Assembly (NCBI GenBank): GCA_964016885.1
Contig: OZ024744.1
Span: 52,700,001 to 52,764,000 of the forward strand
Source of the DNA: Eledone cirrhosa
Taxonomy: Eukaryota
Direction: 5' to 3'
DNA length: 64,000 bases
Shown: in pieces, positions 23,114 through 35,234 of the stretch
Numbering within the stretch: the first letter of the stretch is position 1
Layout of the letters: each line of letters begins with the position of its first letter
Notes under the pieces: model-generated
Seen by the model: the letters and a program-made list of their open reading frames with translations, nothing else
The model's database searches: none
Told to the model about the DNA's origin: nothing
Made by a program: the position numbers and the translations under genes

Positions 23114-24919
23114 AAGTTAGACTAGGCTATTTGTAGTGGCATTTCATCTGACGTGCTAGCGGCGATAATGGCATTAGACCATTTCTTCAATGAGAATAAA
23201 GAAGGTTGCATTGTCAGAGCTAAGGCGCGTGCGCTGAGAAACGAGGGAATCAAAGTTGTTCGATGGGCCCGCGTGGCGGAACCGCAACGTGGTAATAAAA
23301 CCACAATTCGGGCTTTGGCGGACCGAGACGGTCACGAGATAAGCGATTCCAAGCGGATGTGGGAGGCCTTTCGCCAGCACTGTGCTGGGTTGTTCGGAGA
23401 GCTCGGAACCTGGACAGGCAAGCCCATGTCGTCCAACAGCGTCGTGGGGCGCTGGACGGACGGACCGGTAAAGTTGCTCGGGGTTTGGTTCGGATTAGAG
23501 CTCCAGGTGGAAAAGAACTGGGACACGGTAACGAGCAGAGTAGCCAGTCTCACCCAAAAATGGGCTGGGAGGATGCTATCATTGAAAGGTCGCGCAGAGG
23601 TGGCGAATGCGTACGTCGCGTCCGTCATCTACTACCACCTGACCATCGTGCCTTTCCCCCGACCGCGCCTCGTCAAGTTGGAACGGCTCATCTACCAAAT
23701 TCTTGTGGAGGATCCAAGTTTCGGTGGTGAGGCGGTCCATCTGCTGCCAGCACCCTCTACGCGGAGGGCTGGGCATGCGGTGGCTAATGATGCGCAGGCC
23801 CGCGCTGAGGCTGCGACATCTCCAGATATTATGCCTCAACGGTGAACTGGTGTGGTCGACGTTTATCAGACGGGCCTTTCCGCAGCTCATTTCTTTGAGT
23901 GAGCTGCAGTCCTGGGTCAAGGAGAGACCGAGACTGGGTGACTGGCACCTGGAATGTTTCCAGACACTCACTGCCCTCTACCAGGCGGGCAATGCGATCA
24001 GTGGAACTTCCACTCTCGAGTTCTATAGAGGATTAGTGGTGGGCACATGCGATGACGCACTCGGGGAAGCTTTGGGCCTGTACTTTTGAGACGGGGACGA
24101 TGGACAATTCCCAGAAATCCCTCGCTTGGCAGTGCTACCGGGGGGCACTGCCGGTTCGGGATAAACTCTACAGGCACGGAAGTGCTGTCAGACGGACCTG
24201 CCCAAGATGCGCACAGAACGACGAAACCGTTCTGCACGCACTTGTCCAATGTCCGTGCATTACTGACTTGTGGAGTTATGTCGAACAGCTACTGTCGCGT
24301 GTGGAACGAATCCGGCTATCGGCCGAGTCCATAGTGAAGATAAATCCACCGCCTTCCTTAGGTCAGGAAGAACAGGAAATTGTCGTCTGTCTGGTGGCAT
24401 TTGCGAAAGAGGTTTTAATGGCGGACCAGGTTAAAAGGACTGAAGAGAGACACTTTTCTCTTCGGCCAATCTCTCATCAACTTCTTCAAGTTTCACCTGG
24501 AAAGGAAGGTGAGGGTGGAGAGGGAAGTGCTGCCCCGCAGTACATTTGCTAAAAGGTGGGTGAATGTGGCGAGAATGGCTCGTGTGAATGGGCCTACTCT
24601 GACCATGCGCCTATAGGCTAGCTAACATGAGGAGAGGGGTGCTCTCCCTCGGTGCCCTCGAAGCGCAGGGTGGTTCAGGATTGGTGGGGTACCCGAGTCA
24701 CCCCAGGGTTGTCCACCCCCCTATCGGGGAATTATTTTGTTATATTTATGCATAGTTTATTTTATATTTTTATATTTTCATTGTTAAATTAGTCTTGCCA
24801 TTGTGCACTTTTACTCGACCTTATTGGAAACCCCCACTGTCCCGGTCTTTGTATTGTCCCCTACATGTCGGCCCTTGTGGCTAACAAATGAAATCATTAT
24901 TATTATTATTATTATTATT
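23114..24919 (+). mobile_element. 5'-truncated, internally deleted L1/Tx1 copy with a (TTA)n tail
   Basis: The linker is joined directly to post-RT sequence near 23400 (RT core missing). The 3' end is the same type as neighbouring copies. Confidence 0.9.
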
Positions 24920-25132
24920 GAATGCCATGGTTGACGGAGGCTCGGCTCTGTAAGGTATAGTAATTTTTAACCGTTAAAACAATTGTAAATTGTTTAAAAC
25001 TTGAACCAAATTGTTGATAAAGACACCCTCCTCCTCGTGAGAGGGGTCTTTCTGTCCGTTATTTGGCCCTTCGGGGTTAAATAACCAGTTATTGGGGTTT
25101 TGTACCCAAAATTTCATTTTAAACAAAAAAAC

Positions 25133-27229
25133 ATGGCTACCAAAAAGAAATTTCATACGTCACTCCCACTCATTCCGTCTTCTTCTTCCTCAATCATCAC
25201 TACAGCAGAGAGAAGATTGTCTCTCTCCCTCCCTTCTTTAAATGTGTCTCTCTCCCTCCCTTCTCTTTCGCAAGCGACGAAAGAAAAGAAAAGTCTCGTG
25301 CAAAGCGTGCAAGGTTTCTCCACGACGACGACGACAGCGACGAAACAGGTGTGCGGGAAATACGAAAACCCAGTTCATTCGTCTGACGTCAGGAATAATA
25401 GCAGTAGCAGCCGTAATAACAACAGCAACAGTGACAATGAAAACAACAGTAGCAGCCGCAACAGCATCACCAGCAGCATAAACAACAACAGCATTAGCAG
25501 CAGCAACACCAACAACAACCACAGCAACAGCGGCGGAGGCAGTAGTCGTAGTACCTGCAGCAACAACAAAAGTACCAGCAGCTCTGACGACAACAACAAC
25601 AGCAGAGAAAAACCAATCTCATTTGCAGGTATTGCGAAAAATTTGGAAACAATCCTCATAACAAATGAGGAATTAGAGGAAGCGAAGAAGATGGTGACAA
25701 AGAACGGACACCGAGCAATCTGCAAGGCAGCGAAAAATTTTTTCGAAACCCAAGAGCACTGTACGGTCACGTACCGTACAGTAAGTACAAAATCCCGTAG
25801 GGTGGAAAGAGCCACAGAGGCCCAAATACAAAAAGCCTTGGGGTCTGTGTGGCAGAGGAAAACGCACATCACCCGAGGCAAAAAATACGCCACCGTAGAC
25901 GTACTTTTTGCCACACCCCAGGAGGCAAAGGCCCAATCAGTAGTGACCCTAAGGAGCGAGGAAATGGTGTTGGTGCCCTCCTACTGCGGGCAAAAAATTG
26001 TGAGGGTCAAACTGACCCACGTCCCCCCCGGAATGACCCCTTCTTGGCTGGCCGCGTCTGTCCTCGTCGGAATCGAGGACAAAACAACTGTACTGCAAGT
26101 ACAGAAAAAAGTAAGAGAAGATTGGGTCGGCTCCTCCATTGAGATGCTAATCCAAACCAACCAGGAGTGCATCGAAGCTATCCCGGATGTGATAGACTTC
26201 GATAACGGCACTCAACTGCCCATAAGTGTTGAGGGCAAACGCCCGAAATGCTTTCGCTGTGGATCGAAGACTCACCTCAGGGCCTTCTGCAACGAGAAGA
26301 CCCTGAGAAAGGAGAAAACCCCCCTCCTTCCGAATCCGGCTCCACGGCTACCAGCAACAGGACAAGCGGCAACCAGGAACGATAGGTCCGTGGCACCCAT
26401 ACCCACTCCACGGAAATCAAAGACAGCAGCAGCAGTGGAAATATTAACAACAACAACAGCAATACCAAATGCAGCTGCAACAGAGACTCCAGTGCAAACA
26501 TCACCAACAACAACAAGTGAAAGAGTGGAGCTGGTACCCCTCCCCGACCTCACAGAATCAGACATGGAGTGTGAGGTGGGAGAGGGATGGCAAAAGGTCG
26601 CAAGAAGGCACAAACGCAGAAGCAGCGCATCGTCGCCTTTGAAAAGGGGGGAAAGAAATGAGAAAAGGGTAAAGTCTACTGCAAAGAGACCTACAGCAGC
26701 AACAACACCAACACCATCACCACCCACACTAGCACCACCATCACCACCGGCGACAACCCCACCGCCAACAACACCTTCAACACCACCACCACAAGCACCA
26801 ACATCGCAAACACAACAACAAAACACACACACCCAGCAACAACGACAAGAAAATAGCAGAACCACACCCCACCCCCAGAAAAACAAATGCACGGCAATAA
26901 ATACACACAACAAGAAACTAATGACTTACATAATTGAACACACAGACATTTCACAACAGGACTACATAATACCAGCACCAATCAAAACGCCAACTAACAT
27001 AAGACTGCTAAAAATAGCACAGAAACAATACACAAACATTAAAACGAAATTCCCCAACGCAGTTGGTGATTTCAGGGACCTAGGAGGAACCATCAATCGA
27101 AGAGTATACTCAGACATTCTCTTAGAAGAACCGACGACCAGCCGAAGGGACGATTCAACGGTCCTTTCACCAGACGATCAAGTGAAAAGGGATGTAAAAA
27201 CCATCCCTCCTCTACCAAAAGTACGGTAA
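25133..27229 (+). CDS. Tx1-type ORF1 (gag-like, CCHC zinc knuckle)
   Basis: First ATG at 25133 (MATKKK). Contains SFA, CFRCGSKTHLRAFC and GWQKV..R motifs and N/S- and P/T-rich low-complexity segments. Confidence 0.88.
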   Translation: MATKKKFHTSLPLIPSSSSSIITTAERRLSLSLPSLNVSLSLPSLSQATKEKKSLVQSVQGFSTTTTTATKQVCGKYENPVHSSDVRNNSSSSRNNNSNSDNENNSSSRNSITSSINNNSISSSNTNNNHSNSGGGSSRSTCSNNKSTSSSDDNNNSREKPISFAGIAKNLETILITNEELEEAKKMVTKNGHRAICKAAKNFFETQEHCTVTYRTVSTKSRRVERATEAQIQKALGSVWQRKTHITRGKKYATVDVLFATPQEAKAQSVVTLRSEEMVLVPSYCGQKIVRVKLTHVPPGMTPSWLAASVLVGIEDKTTVLQVQKKVREDWVGSSIEMLIQTNQECIEAIPDVIDFDNGTQLPISVEGKRPKCFRCGSKTHLRAFCNEKTLRKEKTPLLPNPAPRLPATGQAATRNDRSVAPIPTPRKSKTAAAVEILTTTTAIPNAAATETPVQTSPTTTSERVELVPLPDLTESDMECEVGEGWQKVARRHKRRSSASSPLKRGERNEKRVKSTAKRPTAATTPTPSPPTLAPPSPPATTPPPTTPSTPPPQAPTSQTQQQNTHTQQQRQENSRTTPHPQKNKCTAINTHNKKLMTYIIEHTDISQQDYIIPAPIKTPTNIRLLKIAQKQYTNIKTKFPNAVGDFRDLGGTINRRVYSDILLEEPTTSRRDDSTVLSPDDQVKRDVKTIPPLPKVR

Positions 27230-27264
27230 GTGGTCTTTCCCATCTTTTCCACTCTATTTTAAAC

Positions 27265-30200
27265 ATGACCTCACTCAGAATAGGCAGCATAAATGCGCGT
27301 GGCTTGGGGTCGTCATGGAAGCAGGGTCACCTGCTCAACGACCTCAGGTCACTAAACATAGATGTAGTGGCCATCAGCGAGACCAGAATCTCCGAAGCAC
27401 GGGCCTTCGCACCGATCTTCGGCGGCTACGATGTGTACGCATCTCCCAGCCGTCCTGGATCGGGTGGAGGAGTTGCTGTGCTTTTTCGGAGAGGTTTGGA
27501 TCTCGCCATACGGGCCATCTTCCTGGACCCAGAGGGTAAGCTGGTGGTGCTGGACGTGACCAGCGGAGACGGGCAAGCTTTCAGGCTAGTGGCCGTCTAT
27601 GCCCCGACAGGAGCAGGGCGGCCTGATTTCTTCCGGCGTCTGGAGACCTTTCTTGGAACGTCCCGCTCTTTAGTGTTAGTGGGCGACTGGAACGGGATCT
27701 TAGATGCACGCTGGGACTGTGTGGGATTAGCGGATAGGGGTGGAGGGTGCAAGAGCCTCACCAACCTGCTCAGGCGTTTTGAACTGTCTGACAGGTACCG
27801 ATTGGATTTCCCGAATGTGCCAATGTGGACTTGGACAAACCGCATAGGGTCATCCAGATCATATCTAGATAGAGTATTTTATGGGAAATAGATAGGTCTA
27901 GCATAGGCTGTCCACAATTCAAGATAGTCAGCTACACGGACCACAAATTCGTGACCTGTGTGCTTGACTTAGATAGGCTTCATAGACGAGGACCCGGCTA
28001 CTGGAAGCTAAACGCGTCCTTACCAGCGCGCAAGGCCTACAGAGACCGGATTAGCGAACTAGTTAAGCGGGCGTTGACGGGGGCCATCGTCAACAACAAG
28101 TGGTGGTTTGCTCTGAAAAGAGCGATTAGAATAGAATCGATTAGGTTTAGTAAGGCTTTAGCAATAGAGAAAAATAGAGCAGAGGGAGAACTAGTTAGAA
28201 AATTAGACGAGGCGCTTAGCAAAGGCATTGCGACCGACGTGCTTGCGGCGAAATTGGCCCTTGACCAATTCTTCAATGCAAAGCACGAAGGCTGCGTTGT
28301 CAGAGCTAGGGTGCGTGCTCTCAGACACGAGGGGACGAAAGCCGTTCAATGGGCCCGAGTGGCGGAGGCGCGTCGTGGCAACAAAGCCACGATCCGGTCT
28401 TTGGTGGACCACGACGGGCGCATGCTACTCGATCCCGGGCAAATGTGTGAAGCTTTTCAGCGACACTTCGCTCAGCTGTTCGGGGGCAGCGGGGGGCCGG
28501 GTAGAGGGATGGACTTTAGTGTCTACCTCGACGGACTGCCGCGGCTCTCGGCCACTGAGGCGAAGTGTTGCGAAAAGCCGATAACAGCCGCTGAAGTACG
28601 GGAGGCAATGACTGGCTGCACAAGGGGTAAATCGCCTGGTTTGGATGGTCTGCCCTATGAACTTTACGTACAGATGCCAGACTTGTTCGGAGGCCTCTTG
28701 GCGGACGTCTACTGCAACTGGCAACAGAACGGGAGAATTCCCAGTTCTGTGAGCCGAGGAGCGGTGGCACTGCTGAGAAAGGATCCGAACAAGGGGGATA
28801 ACATAGACAATTTCCGGCCCATAACTCTGCTAAACACAGAGTTTAAGATTTTGGCCAAGGTGCTAGCAAAGAGGTTGGCGCTTGTCGTTGGTGGTCTGGT
28901 GGGAGAGGCGCAGACATGCGCCATTCCCGACAGATCCATCCACGACAACCTCCACCTCATGCGATACATCGTAGAGAGGGTAGCTAGGGAACCTGGCACG
29001 GGTGGGTCCTTGATCAATTTAGATCAGTCGAAAGCTTTCGATAGGGTCGACCATCGTTACCTAGCGGCAGTCCTGAGGGCGGCTGGCTTTGGGCCCGTCT
29101 TCAGAGGCTGGATCGCTGCCATGCACAGCGACATCTGCTCTGTGGTGAGAGTGAACGGTCACCTGTCGGAACCGTTCAACATCATGCGCTCGGTCCGCCA
29201 AGGATGTCCCCTCTCGTCCCTCTTGTACGTATTGACTCTCGAGCCATTACTGCACAAACTGGAGACGTTGAGGGGAGTCCCGCGCGAACTAGGATGCGGA
29301 AGATCCGTGTCAGCATATGCGGACGATGTCACCGTAGTGGTGTCGAACGCCAAACACATCGAGGCGATCGGCACTACACTAAGAGAATACGAAGCGGTGA
29401 CAGGAGCAATGATCAACCAGGAAAAGTCAGTGGGCCTGCAGCTCGGCACCTGGAGAGGCAGGTCCATGCCGTCCAACAGCGTCGTCGGGCGCTGGACGGA
29501 CGGACCGGTTAAATTGCTAGGGGTCTGGTTCGGTCCGGACCTCCAGACGGACAAAAACTGGGACGAGGTGACGAGCAGGGTGGCTTCTCTCACCCAGAAA
29601 TGGGCGGAGAGGAAGCTATCCCTGAAAGGTCGAGCGGAGGTGGCTAACGCGTACATCGCGTCTGTCATCTGCTACCGCCTAACCGTCGTACCTTGTCCTA
29701 AGCCTCGCCTGACTGCGCTGGAGCGTTTGCTCTTTCGCTTTTTGTGGAAGGGACGTGCTCCGATGGTCAGGCGGTCCATCTGTTGTCAACACCCGCTACG
29801 TGGAGGGCTGGGCATGCCGTGGCTGATGATGCGCAGGCACGCGCTCAGGCTACGACATCTCCACCTCTTCCTCGACGGTGATCAGGTGTGGTCGCCGTTT
29901 GCTAGACGCGTTTTTCCCCAGCTCGTTTCCTTGACGGAGCTGCAGTCCTGGGTCAAGCGAAGACCGAGAGGGAGCGCCTGGAGACTGGAATGTCTTCAGG
30001 CGCTCACAGCCCTCGACCAATCGGGCAATGTGATCGGTGGAAACTCCACCTCGGCGTTCTATAGAGGATTAGTGGAGGGGAAGAGCGACGACGTACTTGG
30101 GGAAACTCTAGGCGTCGACGAAAATCAACTAGCCAATCTCTTCGGAAGAACTTTCGGGCCAGGGCCTATGGACAACTTCCAGAAATCTCTGGCCTGGCAG

Positions 30201-30683
30201 TGCTACCGAGGAGCCTTGCCAGTTCGGGATAAACTCTACAGGCATGGAGGTGCCGTCAGCCGGGCATGTCCGAGATGCGCGCAGGGCGACGAAACCGTCC
30301 TGCACGCACTCGTCCAGTGTCCGAAAATTGCTGACTTGTGGGTTTATGTCGAACACCTGCTGTCGCGTTTAGGACGGATCCAGCTATCATCTGAGTCTAT
30401 CGTGAGGATTGCCCCGCCCTCCTCCTTTAGCCGGGAAGGGCAGGCAGTTTTTATCTGTCTGGTGGCCATGGCGAAAGAGATAGTATGGTGGACACGTTTG
30501 AAAGGGCTGAAGACGAGCACTTACCTCTTCGGTGATGCTCTGATTGACTTTTTCAAATTTCATTTGAAAAGGAAAATCAGAGTAGAGAAGGAAGTGCTCT
30601 CTTCCCAGCATTTTGTTGAAAGATGGGTGAGAGAAGCAAGAATGGCCCGAGTGAATGGGCCGACTCTGAGTATATATCTGTAA
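27265..30683 (+). CDS. Tx1-type ORF2 (APE endonuclease, RT, C-terminal Cys motif), split by a 1-nt deletion near 27888
   Basis: Motifs SINARG, SET, VYAP, GDWN, YLDR, TDH, SPGLDGL, FRPITLLN, DQSKAFD, QGCPLS, AYADD and CPRC..ETVLHALVQC. Confidence 0.9.
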
Positions 30684-30944
30684 ACTAAAGGTGGAAAACT
30701 GGGAGAGGGCACTTGCCTTGGTGGTCAGGGTCATTGTGGCTTTTTACTGGGCTTTCTCCACAAATGTCCCTCCGAAGTCTCCCCCCTATTGGGGAATTTT
30801 TCATTGTTATTTTCATTGTTATTTTTGTTACATCCTCTATTTTTGTTTTTTTTACACGCAGAAATGCCCATTTGTACCGTCCTGCATTGTCCTGCACTGT
30901 CCTTAATGTCTACTTTATGTAAACCCTTGTGGTTAATAAAGAAA

Positions 30945-31007
<63 letters not shown>

Positions 31008-32195
31008 GTACCTAGTGCGCCTATGATAATCGGGACCACTTTGACTTCATGGCAGTTCCAAATCCTTTTTACCTCCCGTTTTAAGTCCTGGTTTCAGTTA
31101 ATTTTCTCCCTCTCCTTCTCTTGCACTCTCGTGTCGAATGGGCAGGCCACATCCACAATCAGGCACGATCTTTTTTCCTTGTCCAAAACCACCAGGTCAG
31201 GTCTATTGTGTTCCAGTTTCTTGTCCGTCTGTATCCTAAAATCCCACAGCACCTTCACCTGATCGTTTTCTATCACCGACTCTGGCTTATGCTCATACCA
31301 CTTCTCAGAATGTGGTAAATTATTTACTTTGCATAGGTGCCAGTGGATCACCCTGCCCATCACATCATGTCTCCAGCCCTTATAGTGAGTATGGGCTAGG
31401 TGTTTACACTCGGATACAATGTGAGCCACAGTCTCCTCTCTCTCTCCACAGATGCTGCACAGTGGGCTAGCCTCCTCCTTGTAAATATGGTGTTTCAACC
31501 ACTTCGTTTTCAGGGCCTGTTCTTGCGTAGCCATTAGCATTCCTTCTGTAGCCTTTTAAGGTCTCCTCTTTTCAACCAGTTCCATGTCTGTGGATCTCTG
31601 AATTCAGTTTTCTCAAAGAAGGTACTATGAAGGGATTTTTCATGAAGGCTGCTCTTTCTCCTTGTTGTTATTTCCTCCTTGTACATCCCCTGGTCTATTG
31701 TCCACTCCTTCAGTACAATTCTGAGCATTGGCTCCTTACTATCAGTCATGTATTTGTGTAGATTGTTTTTCTCCATCTGAACACAGTCCTCTATGCTGAT
31801 AAGACATCTTCCACCTTCAGATCTCCTTAAGTAGAGTCTATCGACATCACACCTCTTGTGGAACATGTTGTAGATAGTCAATAGCTTCCTAGTCTTCCTA
31901 TCCATTTCTTTTTGTTCAGCAACATTCCATCTCAGAATTCCCGCACTGTACCTAATAATAGACACAGCTCGGGAATTTACTGCACTTATGGCATTCGTAC
32001 TGTTCAGATATGACTTTAATACGCTCCTTATTCTCCGAATGTATTCAGATCTTATCAATTCCTTCATTTTTTTGTTCTTGATTTCATCAGCCTCCAGAAC
32101 ACCCAAATACTTGTATTCTTCTTCAGTGTCAATTTCCTTTATCATCTCACCTGTTGGTACCTGGATTCCGTTGCTTCTGATCCTTTGTACCACGG
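31008..32195 (-). pseudogene. Dong/R4-type non-LTR retrotransposon fragment (RT thumb, CCHC, restriction-like endonuclease)
   Basis: Motifs YKYLG, RLYLRRSEGGR, CSICGEREETVAHIVSEC, RHD, RPDLVVLDK..DVACP and VPIIIGALG. Confidence 0.88.
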
Positions 32196-32351
32196 GACTT
32201 CTTTCGGCATCCTTTCTGTTCGTCCGCTAACAAATTGTTTGTGTTAATTTGTGTAAATCCGATAATTTTCTACCTCTCCTACTCTTGCACTCTCGTGTCG
32301 TCTGGGCAGGCCACATCCACAATCAGGCACGATCTTTTTTCCTTGTCCAAT

Positions 32352-33185
<834 letters not shown>

Positions 33186-33188
33186 GGA

Positions 33189-33227
<39 letters not shown>

Positions 33228-33499
33228 GGCGACCCACGTAGGAAATCGTATTATCGTGAGCTCCGGAAAGTTTTGTTGCTTTCAATCGTTTCAAATTGCC
33301 AGTTATCGAGAATTTTTGTTGTTAAGTTTTTATAAGTTCACATATATTGCGTTCTGAAAAGGACACTCAATAATATTGGGGCCTTGAGCCCAATATTTAA
33401 ACTAATATGACGACAAATCTCCTGTTTCTAGCAGACTGCCAAACTGAAAATATAATTAATGTCAGTCTCAATTATTTGAATTTGTAGCATACAGACATG

Positions 33500-33990
33500 G
33501 ATTTCCCACCATTACCAACAACTACACGTATTAAAGCCGCCACTCCCATCACCACAATGTCGAAAAGAACAACCAGCGCCACTGATACTACCACAACAAC
33601 AACATCAACACCAACGCAAAACAAAATGTGTCGTTTGCCAAAGCAGCCAAGAAAAGCGAAACAATCGTGGTAAGCCAGGATGAATTGAATGAAACCAAGC
33701 GAATGGTAAACATAGTTTGGCATAGGTCAGTCTCATCCCGCCCATCAATAAAGTGGGGGCATAGGCGCATATGCACTGTGTCATATAGGACGATAAACAC
33801 AAAATCACGCCGAGTAGAACGGGTATCCGAGTCCCAGATACAAAAAGCTTTGGGATATCAAACGTGGGCAGAAATATGGAACCTTGGACGTGTTCTTTGG
33901 AACCACACAGGAAGCCAGAGAGCACTCCATGGCTCATTTAAGAAGTGATGAGTTCACACTCGTCCCAAGCTATTGTGGTCAGAGACTCGT
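33500..33990 (+). pseudogene. Tx1 ORF1 N-terminal fragment
   Basis: SFAKAAKKSETIVVSQDEL..CTVSYRTINTKSRRVERVSESQIQKALG, homologous to ORF1 at 25133. Confidence 0.85.
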
Positions 33991-34803
33991 GAAGACGGGC
34001 CAAAAGCCAGCCGCCTACAGGACTGCCGCCAGATAACGATGGTCAACCCAATCGAAAGCTTTCGACTGATCTAAATTGCTCAAGGACCCAGGCCTGGCAG
34101 GTTCCCTAGCTACCCTCTTCACAATGTATCACATGAGGTGGAGGTTGTCGTGGATGGATCTGTCTGGGTTGGCGCATGTCTGCGCCTCTCCCACCAGACC
34201 AGCAACGACAAGCGCCAACCTATTTGCTAGCACCGTGGCCAAAATCTTGAACTCTGTGTTTAGCAGCGTTATGGGCCTGAAATTATCTATACTATCCCTC
34301 TTGTTCGGATCCTTTCTCAGCAGCGCCACCGCTCCTCGACTCACAGAGGAAGTAATTCTCCCTTTCTGTTGTCAGTTGCAGTAGACGTCCGCCAAGAGGT
34401 CTCCGAACAAGTCTGGCATGTGTACGTAAAGTTCGTAGGGCAGACCATCCAAACCAGGCGATTTACCCCTTGTGCAGCCAGTCATTGCCTCCCGTATTTC
34501 AGCGGCTGTTATCAGCTTTCCGCAACACTCCGCCTCAGTGGTCGAGAGCTGCGGCAGTCCGTCGAGGTAGGCATTAGAGTCCATCCCGCGAATCGGTCCG
34601 CCGCTGCCCCCGATCAGCTGGGCGAAGTGTCGCTGAAAAGCTTCAAACATTTGCCCGGGATCGAGTAGCATGCGCCCGTCGTCGTCCACCAAACATCGGC
34701 TCGTGGCTTTGTTGCCATAACGCGCCTCCGCTACTCGGGCCCATTGAACGGCTTTCGTCCCCTCGTGTCTGAGAGCACGCACCTTAGCTCTGACAACGCA
34801 GCC
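33991..34803 (-). pseudogene. Inverted Tx1 ORF2 fragment
   Basis: Reverse complement of about 28291-29102 (RALRHEGTKA..SPGLDGL..FRPITLLN..DQSKAFD). Confidence 0.9.
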
Positions 34804-34834
34804 TATATAATAATAATAATAATCGTTTCTAATA

Positions 34835-35021
34835 ATTGTTTTTACTTTTGGGACAAGACCAGCAAATTAGCCAGTACATTACTGGTACATTATTTTATCG
34901 ACCCGTAACTATGAAAGGCAAAGTTAACCTCGGCGGGATTTGAACTCAGTCCGCAAAGCGGCATAACTCTGTGCTGAAAAGCATGGCGTCCGACCCTCTA
35001 CCGATATTGTCAATCCCTCCC
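34835..35021 (-). mobile_element. tRNA-derived SINE
   Basis: Reverse complement of the SINE consensus, including the B box GAGTTCAAATCCC and the CTTTGCCTTTCAT core. Confidence 0.85.
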
Positions 35022-35234
35022 ACCTATTTTTTCTAATAATACAAGGATGATTTGTTAACCCTTCATTACGTTTATTGATTGGTGACATGCGTTTCGCTAT
35101 TCATGAGCTCAAGGTTCAATCTGTATCGATCCGGCCCAACTTTGGAATCCACCGCTTGTCGGACATTCGCTGTTGTAATGACACCATACCTCGATATATA
35201 TACATATATATTTATATATATATATATATATATA

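Larger units (their letters stand above)
24950..31007 (+). mobile_element. Near-intact full-length L1/Tx1-clade LINE
   Basis: 5' UTR, ORF1, a 35-nt spacer, ORF2 with one frameshift, 3' UTR and a long (TTA)n tail. Confidence 0.93.

Noticed and set aside
27880-27895. Programmed -1 frameshift at GGGAAAT in Tx1 ORF2
   Set aside because: The heptamer is not in the X XXY YYZ phase, and paralogs simply have the extra base.
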